A stretch of 64,000 nt of DNA. Origin: Raillietiella orientalis. Its lineage: Eukaryota. The stretch covers positions 2,914,001-2,978,000 of the forward strand of contig JAYWIR010000026.1 of assembly GCA_036172245.1 (NCBI GenBank). Direction: 5' to 3'. Below, one piece after another: positions 25,399 through 34,587 of this stretch. The notes below the pieces were generated by a model. That model made no database searches and had not been told where the DNA came from. It saw only the letters and a program-made list of their open reading frames with translations. Position numbers and translations under genes: made by a program. The first letter of the stretch is position 1. The number at the start of each line of letters is the position of its first letter.

Positions 25399-27186
25399 CT
25401 ATTTTTTGGCCTTCCTGAGCTTCTTCTGTCTGTGAGAGCGTGCTCTTCCAGACAATGAAGAAGCAGCGGGCTTCTCGCTGCCGGCGTCACTCTCCGTACC
25501 TGTGAGGTCGGTAATTTCCGCCTCCTCCGTAGAGTGTTCCGCCTGCGCGATCAATTTTCGAGATAGCGCCTCTATTTCGACTTTGGCGCAAAAGTTCGCC
25601 TTCACGTCGAGAAGCTGTTCCTCTAACTTCTCGCGTTCAGCGACCTCCACCACCTGGTTGATGTTCTCTTGTGCAGTGCAGATCTTCTGCAAGATTTTCT
25701 CTTGCTGAGGACCGCTCTGCACCTCCATGATCTCCTCCGCCAGTGTTGCCAACTCCTCCGTAGTCTGCAGAGCCTCCTGCGACACTTTAGTGGCTTCCTG
25801 TCTCTCTTCCTTCGCGCCTTCCTGCGCTACCTCCATCTTCTCGCCTTCCTGCTCTGCTGCTTCCAGGATTTGAAGAGTTCCTTGCTCCTTGACGAGCATC
25901 CTCCTCTTTCCCTTCTTTCCCACTTCTATGAAGCCGTCCGCCGACACCGGGACAGCTTCTTTCACTTTTTTCTGCCTTCCTGCCTTCTGAGGCTGTTCGG
26001 CCTCCTTGATGTTTCTCTCTCTTACGGGAGAGAGACCTCGAATCCTTCTGCAGTTTTCAAACTCCGGACAGCTCCATTTCGCATGTCCGTGTTTCTTGCA
26101 GAAGGAGCACACCTCCGGATGCGGGCAGTTTCGGACTTGATGTCCTACTTTGCCGCAGCGGAAACAACGACACGTTGGGCAAGAGCCGGGCCTGTGACCG
26201 AACTGCTTGCACCCGGTGCAGAATACCGGTTGTTGCCGGTAACGCACATTCACTCCCTGGGATTGTTCGTCAATAACGGCCAATCCAGGGATGACCGCTC
26301 CCTCCCTCAACTTCATCTTGGCGATCATGTCGCCAGAAAATATGTTTCCAGAGAAGTTCTGGAAATCAAGGTCCAGAACTTCCCCAAACTGCTCCAAGTA
26401 ATTCCACACCGCTAGTTGCGGTGTGAGGATGAAGATGCCGTTTAAAAAGACAGTTGTGTATGGCATCTCGCCAATACCACAAACCATCCGTCCTTGTATA
26501 TTGATCCCCTTCTGGATCAATCGCTCTCTAATGTTTTCACAGTCTGTAAAGACTGTGAACCCGTTGTTTGATGGAATGATCGCCTGAATGCGATCAAAGT
26601 CTATGTCCATCTTGTCGAGGGACAAATAGACCTCCCTGATGTTATTAAATTTTATTAGCCCCGTCTTGAAGATAATGGGCTTTACGTTGGGGCCTATTTC
26701 CACTATTGGTCGGTCCACTTTTAGTACTTTTCCGCTAAGCGGCTTACCGAATTTCCTAGGTGGGTGGACACTCGCCTGTCCAGCCGCCACCGAAGCATAA
26801 GAAAAGGGCTGCGGCGCCGCAGCCGAACAAGATGGCGTCGCTCCCTGCACCGCGTGGACGCCCGCGGGTCCCGCCTGGGACGCCACCGCCGCGGGCGCAA
26901 ACCTCGACGTTGCCGCCGTTACCGCCGCGGGCGGCACTCTCGGCATCGCCGCCTCAGGGGCGACCTTCCCCGCCGCGGGCACGATCCTCGGCGTCGCCGC
27001 CGCGGGCACGACCTCCGCCGTCGTCGCCGCGGGCACGACCCTTGGCATCGCCGCCGCCGGCGCAGCAAAGCCCGCCGCGGGCGCGATCCTCGGCATGCCT
27101 GCCACCGCCTCGCCGTTGCCACACGTTACCTCCATGGCTTCCATGGGGGACGACGGTCTCTCCACTCCTCTTCTAGGTGCCTGCAT
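25399..27186 (-). CDS. Family B ORF1, gag-like nucleic-acid-binding protein (~595 aa from first ATG)
   Basis: Uninterrupted ORF with an Ala/Pro-rich N-terminus, an SYASVA motif, three CCHC knuckles (CTGCKQFGHRPGSC, CFRCGKVGHQVRNC, CSFCKKHGHAKWSC) and a Glu-rich coiled-coil-like C-terminus. Start chosen as the first ATG (27186). Confidence 0.88.
   Translation of the reverse strand: MQAPRRGVERPSSPMEAMEVTCGNGEAVAGMPRIAPAAGFAAPAAAMPRVVPAATTAEVVPAAATPRIVPAAGKVAPEAAMPRVPPAAVTAATSRFAPAAVASQAGPAGVHAVQGATPSCSAAAPQPFSYASVAAGQASVHPPRKFGKPLSGKVLKVDRPIVEIGPNVKPIIFKTGLIKFNNIREVYLSLDKMDIDFDRIQAIIPSNNGFTVFTDCENIRERLIQKGINIQGRMVCGIGEMPYTTVFLNGIFILTPQLAVWNYLEQFGEVLDLDFQNFSGNIFSGDMIAKMKLREGAVIPGLAVIDEQSQGVNVRYRQQPVFCTGCKQFGHRPGSCPTCRCFRCGKVGHQVRNCPHPEVCSFCKKHGHAKWSCPEFENCRRIRGLSPVRERNIKEAEQPQKAGRQKKVKEAVPVSADGFIEVGKKGKRRMLVKEQGTLQILEAAEQEGEKMEVAQEGAKEERQEATKVSQEALQTTEELATLAEEIMEVQSGPQQEKILQKICTAQENINQVVEVAEREKLEEQLLDVKANFCAKVEIEALSRKLIAQAEHSTEEAEITDLTGTESDAGSEKPAASSLSGRARSHRQKKLRKAKK
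26880..27120 (-). repeat. GC-rich coding tandem repeat in B ORF1 (AAxPRxxPAA-type units)
   Basis: Repeated gccgcgggc(a/g)cga.. units encoding AMPRIAPAA / AMPRVVPAA / ATPRIVPAA / AMPRVPPAA. Confidence 0.8.
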
Positions 27187-27360
27187 CCTGGCAGCTGGTC
27201 TTGCTGCACGGGACCACTGCAGGTCTTTTGCCGCGATCTCCTCGCCGCTTCTTTTTTTTTTGTTTCTTCTGGAAAACTTCCCCTTTCCGGGCACACACGA
27301 GCACAATGAACTGATTAAGTTGTCAAGCGCACAATACTTCGAGCCGCGGAGCAAGTTCAC

Positions 27361-27372
27361 CGACTCGGCAGG
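27361..27372 (+). repeat. B target site / TSD copy 3 (CGACTCGGCAGG)
   Basis: Abuts the 5' end of full-length B. D ORF1 resumes after it. Confidence 0.92.
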
Positions 27373-28840
27373 AGCGGAGCGATCTCCCGACTGTCAACAA
27401 GGTGACTCCGTTGCCGCCTTTTGAAGGAGTAGCAAAAGCAACGCCCCCAGAGAACGCAGCGAAAATCCCGGAGGTTTTCGCAACTACTGTCGCGGAAGCT
27501 TTCGAAAATCGCGAAGTCGAATGGAAGGTTGTGGAGAGGAGGAAAAAAAAATCTCCAAAAAAAGCTTTGCAACATCCATCTGTGAGCTCTTCCAAAGGAA
27601 AAAGCAGTCGCGGGAATACGAAAACACGTTCGGCTTGTGCCTCTTCCAAGGAAAAAGCCAGCGCCTTCAACGCGTGCAAGTCCGCTTCTGTGACCGCGGA
27701 GAAGACCATTCCGGTGCAATCGGAAGGATGCAAGCGCACGTCGATCGTGCGAGCATCAGATTCCCCAAAGGAGTCCGATAGCGCCTCTGAACGACGCGTT
27801 ACTCGCGCTGGAGCGAGCGCCCGCAGGGCTGAAGCCCTGAGGCGTGACACACTCGCCGCGGAACGGCGAGTGCTCACATCGGAACCCACAGGTTCTGCAC
27901 CCGGGGAGGGGCACCCGATTACGTGCAGCACAGTTAAGGCCGGTTGCGACCGCGCCCTCCAGCCCGTCGTGCTGCTTACTGCCCGCTCGCCGGGTGAGGC
28001 GAGCACCACGGCCTCGCTTTCCCAGCCGTAAAGAGGGCAATCGCGTCTTCTCGTCGTGTTGCCGTAACGCCTTGGAAAGTCAACGGGCTCCAACATGAGG
28101 AGAAGATGCGACTAGTGGCTGATGCTCTGCGCGCTTTCGACTTGACGCTCCTGCAGGAGATTCACAGCATCACCGAAGAGCAGGCTGCCGAAATCGAACG
28201 GCGCGCGGGCGGAACGCTACTTTATAGGTGCGACGTTGCACGTACGTGCGGCGTCGCTTTCCTCGTGCGAGGAACTTTGGTGGGAGCGGTGCGCAGCGCT
28301 CGTTTCGACACGGAAGGCCAAGTGGGACAGCTTGTACTCAAGTGGTCCTACTCGATCGACCTTGTCGTAACCAACGTGTACGCCCCGAGCGGTGCTGGAC
28401 GATGGGCCGAAAGGATTGAGTTCTCCGGTACCCTTCAAAGTCAGTGGCTCACTCGATCTCACCCTACTGTTGCCCATCTCATTGCGGGGGAGTTTAACGT
28501 CCACCTGCTTTCCGAGAATACATCCCACAAAAGGGAAGAGTTGCTAGCGGAAGAGATGTGCGCGTCCGTGAACGCGTGCAAATTGTTCGCTAGCGACCCT
28601 GTTATGGCAGGAACGCCGGACCACGTATACCTTGATGAACACTTGCTCTCTCGAGTGGGTCGGAGAGGTCCCGTGCCGTCCGTGCTTTCAGACCACAACA
28701 GTTTCGAGTTCGAGTTGCTTCCGCTAGGCAAGGGGCCTCCAAACTGTTTTTGGAGGATGCCGGTAGACTGGCTAAGCCACCCAGAGGCGGCTGAGCATCT
28801 TCGTCTGTACCTCCTTGGCTTTGTTATAAGTGAGCTCGAT
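27373..28840 (+). pseudogene. Continuation of family D: ORF1 C-terminus (to 28031) and APE domain (~28050-28840)
   Basis: Low-complexity ORF 27402..28031, then WKVNG, LLQEIH, NVYAP, AGEFN, DHV, SDH. Cut off by an antisense A 3' end. Confidence 0.88.
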
Positions 28841-31640
28841 TTTCACCCGGTTGCGTGGGGGCGTTTATTCTTTAGGATAAAACAAACGTTGGTGGCTGAC
28901 CAGGTGGTCCGGCGACGCACTGGTATACAAAATTAAGCCTGCCGGGTCACCGGTTCGTATTCCGGCACGGTCCATCACGACAGCAGAGGGGCCAAGGACA
29001 AAACAAAAAATTAAACAAAAAAAAAAAATATATAATATCAAGATCTGGGGAGCACGGGAAGGGATCACAGTCTGCCGTGGGGCCGTTACATTTTTAGCAG
29101 GATGATGGCAATCTGTTTTTGGATTGTTGAATCCAGATGGGTCCATCCTGTCGCCGTCCGCATAAATTCGGCTGCGCACTGGACGGTACCCTTATCGCGA
29201 TGTCCTTTCGTTGCCTTGCTATTTGCAGCGACGACCCCGCGAAAGCAGCACAGAGCTCCTAACGAGGCCGATGGCCTAAGAGCGTCGCCTAAGAGGCCTA
29301 AGAGGGATCTAACTGCATCTCTGGGGCTGCCGCAGGGGATACCGATTGCCGGGTCAAAACGGTTCCAAAGGTCCGAAGAGCCACACAATCCAAAAGGACG
29401 TGAGTAAGGGACTCCCTTTCTCCACACCTCGCACAGTTGCGGCTCACCGCTCCCCAGGTCCAATGGTGTCTTCGGGCGTTGCAGGGGAGTCCCCAATGCA
29501 GCAACAATAGCGCCGATCCCTGCCATTTTAAGGGGAGGGTAAAGGTGTTCATCAGCACCGGGGGCCACTTTAATTGTTCCCACGGAACATTTAGCAGCTC
29601 GCTTCAGCGCAGAAGTCCAAATGGGTGGTAATCCGGGACGCAGTATTGCAGAGAATTCCCGTTTTCCATTCCCGATCTTTTTCTGCGTAACGGAGATTTT
29701 AGCATGCACATCCGATTTCGCAGCAGTGTTGCCATCCAAATGTTCCGCGAGCGAAAACAGCATTGCAATGAGGGGAGTTTTTCTTGCCCACGCTCGTTTT
29801 TGGGGGTTCTCCAGGAACTCTCGGAGCGTCAGGCGGTTATTACGGGCGAAGAATTGTCTCTACCCTTCTTGCGTGCGTTGCTGGTAGCTTCTTTCCCACG
29901 TCTGAACCGTTTTGTGCAGCCATGCAGGAACGTGAACATGGATACAGCAGAGCCATCCTGCGTTCTTCCTCATCAGGTCAGCCTCTCTCCGCAGCTGCAA
30001 CTCGCAGTGACCGACTTGGCGGCGACGACAAAGCTCTAGTAAGGATGACAGTCCCACCTTGCCTGTATAGTTTTCGATGAGGAGACGTGCGGGCTCGCAC
30101 CAGCTGCTATTCCAATGTTTCGCCACTAGAACGACTAAGCGAAACAGGAGCTGGAGCTTCAGCCGCTCTAGCGTCAGGAGCAGTGACCGCCGTCCCGACG
30201 CAGAGCGCTCAAGTCCTCAAGCGGAAATCGCACCCTCCCATTACCTCACAGGGCAATCCTTAGGAGGTCCTTCGTCCGCTTTTTAGTCTCTATGGTGGGA
30301 AGGCAAACAAAAAGTAGTGAACGGAGAAGGGGAGCCACGAATGCGTTTCACACCGCGGCTCGTTCCACCAGGAAACACCTGCGGTCTTTGAACGGGCCGA
30401 TCGCCATCTCCACCTTCTGAAGGCAGCTGTACCACGCATCCGAAGGAAGAAAATCCTCCATCTGTACGCCGAGGTAGTTCAAGTACCTCACCGTGGGGAT
30501 CATCAAACGGACCCAGTCCTGCTGCCCGGCCCACGGCGCACTAACTGGCATCATGGACGACTTCGCCCTGTTCACCGTAAGTCCGGTTCCCCGATGCATC
30601 AGGTCGAAAAACTCCTCGACCGCCGAAGCTGGGGTGGACATAGGGAGCAGCTGCAGTAGGTCTTCCGCATATGCTAACACCGCGGGCGTAACGAAATAGT
30701 CGCGCGGCAGGTGCGCTAGAGTTTCCCTGTACGCTCTCAGTACCAACTCGAAGTAGGTACCGAAGAGCAAGGGACTCAGGCTGTCTCCCTGCCGTATGCC
30801 GCGTCGCACCGGTACGCCGTGCACGGTGTATGCACTGAAAAAATCTCGATGAGCGCGTTGCGCTAGCAGGATCGCAGGTATGTCAGCAAAGAGACCGGGA
30901 AACCCAAGCGTTCCAGGAGCTCCAGAAGGACCCTCTGGTCGACACAGTCGAATGCTTTATGCAAATCGACTGCGACTGCGAGGGCTCCCTCCCTCCCAAC
31001 CATCCCGGATGTCCGGCTGCCCATCCTGACCCTTTCCTGTTGGAGCGCGAGAAAGGTGCTGGCGAGGAACAGGTTGGCATCCTTGCTACGCCCGGGAACA
31101 GCATATGTCTGCTCCGGGCTAATGAAGCTTTCCGCTAACCGCCTCAGGCGTTCAGCCCACAATTTCGCCAGCAGCTTGGCGTCCGCGTTTATCATGGTAA
31201 TCGGCCGACAGTTGCTCATGCTCCGAAGGTATCCTCCCTTAGGGAGGAGACGCACCTCTGCCGAACGAAACGAGACGGGGACGTCGCCCGTTTCGCGGAT
31301 CAGCAAGGTGAGTTTCTTTACCAGAAGTGTGAGCTCTGCCACGAAACATTGAAAAAATTCCGCTGGCAGGCCGTCCTACCCTGGAGCCTTCCGCCTCTTG
31401 AGCTTTTCGATGGCCGAGATGATCTCGTTCATCGTGAAAGGATCGTCGAGGGTCTTAATATTTTCCTCTTTGATCGCCGGAGTGCCTTCCAGAAGAAGTC
31501 GCGAGACATGCCGTTCCGGTGGAGCGCGCGCCTACAGGGAGGAGTAGAATTTTTTTAATAAGCCTTTCACCTGGGCGGGCGTGGAGTGCTCCAAGCCCTG
31601 GTCGTCCAGTAAGCTGGCCGACCCGGATTGCCATGCCTGC
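28841..31640 (-). mobile_element. 5'-truncated family A copy (RT, CCHC, 3' UTR), degenerate
   Basis: LLDDQG, LLPKGG, DLHKAFD, GIRQGDSLSP, YAED, CARC...HVLLDC. 3' UTR is homologous to 15627-15870. Confidence 0.9.
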
Positions 31641-31644
31641 CTCT

Positions 31645-32011
31645 CGGACGCCTCCGTGGGCGCAAACCTCGACGTTGCCGACGCCGCCGTCGCGGGCGCG
31701 ACCCTTGGCATCGCCGCCGCCACCTCACCGTTGCCATACGTTACCTTCATCTGCATGGGGGACGTTTGCCTCTCCTCTCCTGCTGATGCCTGCATCCTGG
31801 TGGCTGGTACTGCCGCTGAGGAAATTTGCGAGTCTTCCGTCGTGATCTCCTCAGCGCTTCTTTTGTAGATGTATCAGCAGATCCTACGCAGCACACTCTT
31901 GTCCACACTCACTTTCTTCTGCACACTTTCCCTCTCCGGGCACACACGATCACAATTAACAGATTAACCGTAGTCGTGCGCGCAAAACAATGAACCTCGA
32001 AGCCAGGTCAC
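31645..32011 (-). mobile_element. 5' end (UTR + ORF1 start) of another family B copy
   Basis: Homologous to 26890-27360 (VTYGNGEVAAAMPRVAP...ATSRFAP; ccgggcacacacga). Confidence 0.85.
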
Positions 32012-32023
32012 CGACTCGGCAAG
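32012..32023 (+). repeat. B target site at a second locus (CGACTCGGCAAG)
   Basis: Abuts the 5' end of another B copy. Followed by D ORF1 sequence homologous to 27373 onward (TPLPPFxGVA...EWKVVERRK). Confidence 0.88.
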
Positions 32024-34587
32024 AGAGGAGCAATCTCCCGACTGCCAAGATGACTCCGCTGCCTCCTTTTAAAGGCGTGGCGCAAGCGAAGCCACTAGAG
32101 GCGGTAGCGAAAACTTCAGAGGTTTCCGTGACGAAAGTCGCGGAAGCGTCCGAAAATCGTGACGGCGAATGGAAGGTTGTGGAGAGGAGAAAAGAAATAT
32201 CTCTGTGTTACTGGACGCTGTTACTGGGCGGTCCATGGACGCCAACCTCTTGTTCATCCGCACATGGCTGCAATTGCAGCATCGCGTGGCGATGGATCGT
32301 CGTGCAGAAGCGACGCCTTCGATCTCTCACCGGCGGAGGAGCGGGTCGCAAAGGGAAACTCCGGGAGCCTTGGCGGTTGCAGTCGATTTGCACAAAGCTT
32401 TTGATTGCGTGAACAAAAGGCTTCTCCTTGAGCTTTTGGAACGTCTGGGTTTCCCGGCATCCCTGTAGGAGTAATCGCGCTCCTGCTGGCGCCACGCGAT
32501 TACATTCATTGTTTTCAGTGGCTGTCGCGTGTACGTCGTGCCTCTACGGCGAGGAATTAGGCAGGGCGATAGCTTTAGCTCGCTGCTCTTTTGCAATTAT
32601 TTTGAATTGGTGCTGGAGGCTTGCATGTTGACGCTAGCCAACCTGCCTAGCTTCTGTCCGGGTACGCAGGCCGTGGCAGCCTATGCTGACGACCTGCTTC
32701 TTCTGTTGCCCATGTCCATCCCGGGAGCGTCGCTTGAATATTTCTTTGAGCTGATCCGTCGTGGTGAGGGCGTGAGCATCAACAGGAGCAAGTGTATGGC
32801 TGTTCCCGTGGGAGCGACGTGTGAAGGGCAGTTCGACTGGATCCGCCTCGGAATCCTCACGGGCAGGTACCTGAGGTGCCTTGGCGTGCCGTTGGGTGAC
32901 TTTTGCATCTCAGAAGCGTGCTCAAACTGCCTTCGGGAGGAAGATCGTGCACTTGTTCCGTTCTCAGTAGGCGAGTTCGTCTTGCCGGTACGGGCCAGCA
33001 TCTGGAACATCGTTGCCCCCCTTCTCCGTCTTCTGTTTGTTGTTTGTCCACCCCCTAGGAAGTCCAAGTCTGGGAGCAGCGCCTCCTCCGCAAAGCGTTG
33101 TGTGGCGCTGCAAGATCCCGCGTAAGACTGAAAGACTTGGTGGTGCCGCGTCAGGATGCAGGCTTGGGCATCCTAGACTTAAAAAGCATCGAGATCCAGG
33201 TGCAGTTTCGTATGCTGCGGTTCTGGGCCAAGCTGTGGTGTACGCCGTTGTGCTAACTCGCACGCCTTATACTAAGGCGCTGCACGGGAAGCGAGGAACT
33301 GCTTTCATTGTCTCCTCACTTTCGGCACACCAGAATAGGGTTTGGCTTCCCGCTGAGGCAGCTGTCCTTACTGCTGGAAGTCCAATATTGGATCTCCTGC
33401 CGCCCCAGGAACATTAATGGATGGCGGCAGGAATCTTTTTCATCGTGGGAAGCTTCCGAAGATCTTGGTCGCCTTCGACTTCTCCTCAGTCATCCATAAG
33501 ACGAAGTCATGCAGGACAAGAAGAAGTCAGATCGTTTGGCCGCCACACCACTCGCCTCAGCGCTTTTTGCCCTCAGAACAAGCAACGAGAATTGCCTACC
33601 GGCGAAATGGGAGTTCTCCTGCTCAATAGCGGGAGTCAGTAAGCTCCTCGGCTGCTGGACGACAAAGGATCTGGTGGAAACTGCCACTCCTCGTAATCAA
33701 GCAAAGGGCCTGCTTCGGTGGAGTGAGCATTTAAGTGTACCCCCCGAAGAGATAGTGGTTCCCCCCATTTGTTTGGACAATTCCGTGTTCCCCTTAAAGT
33801 GGAAACAAGATGTGCTGCTCTTTTTACACTGGGGATTCCACTGTAACCGGCAGCGAAGCATCGTTTCCGGGGGAGCTGCTTTGCCAAACTCTTTGAGGTG
33901 CGGAGTGATCGAGTCTTTTCCGCACCCCTTGCAGGACTGCGGTGACCTCCGTGAACTGTTGCGAAGGCTGATTTTAGCCATCCTGCCGCAGGGAGGCTCT
34001 GCCATTGATGTGCCGCGACGCTTCTTCAGCAGGAATGGATTTTCGGTTGGGGCGATTGTCGCAACCATGTGTTGAGTTCGCGCCATCGTGAATGCCCGCT
34101 ACGCCCTGTATTTGTCAGTGAAGCGAAGGGAGGCTCACCGGTTTGCAGCAAAATCCATGCAAATGGTTGCTAGGTGGTTTCATCTTCGTTACGAGGTGAA
34201 AAAGGACATCGCCGGCATCCATCGCCTGTTTACCGATTCTTAAGAACGGCGTAATCCGGTGACTCCCGCGACCTCTCACCCACCCATATCCCATTCCCGT
34301 TCGCTCCGTCGAATTCACGCTGCTAATACTTACATCCCGGTTCCTTATCGAGCGATCCCAAGGACCGTTGTCAGGACCTCACCCATTCATTGTTTTTCTT
34401 TTGTTTTTGTTTGTTTTCCCCTATCCCACATCATTCCGATTCTGTTATTCCGTCCTGCGTGCCAGGAAAATTTCCTTGATTTCTGTAGAGTCGTCGATTG
34501 GGAGCCTGATTTGGAACTGGTTTATTTTATATAATTTTTCGTTTATTATTACATGGAATAAACATCTTAGTGTGACCTGATGAGAAA
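32024..34587 (+). mobile_element. Family D element: ORF1 C-terminal stub fused (internal deletion ~32195) to RT, CCHC and 3' UTR
   Basis: DLHKAFD, GIRQGDS, AYADD, CLG; LRC...HPLQDC. T-rich 3' UTR, AATAAA at 34557-34562 and terminal CCTGATGAGAAA. Confidence 0.87.

Larger units (their letters stand above)
21735..27360 (-). mobile_element. Near full-length L1/Tx1-clade non-LTR retrotransposon (family B), ~5.6 kb
   Basis: ORF1 (CCHC gag-like) followed by ORF2 (APE-RT-CCHC). 3' UTR has AATAAA (21766-21771, minus), a terminal C/G-rich hairpin and a short AAA tail. Flanked by identical 12-bp direct repeats CGACTCGGCAGG (21723-21734, 27361-27372). Confidence 0.95.

Noticed and set aside
23555..29763. 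Long antisense ORFs (e.g. 25669..26415, 27323..28096, 29086..29763)
   Set aside because: Shadow frames of GC-rich retroelement coding sequence.
20621..32023. Repeated 12-mer as a CRISPR-like or LTR-like repeat
   Set aside because: Spacing is kilobases and every copy abuts a B terminus, so these are target-site duplications.
34576..34587. CTGATGA..GAAA hammerhead ribozyme core
   Set aside because: No stem II between the motifs and no flanking helices. Better explained as a decayed CCGGGTGAAAA terminus.
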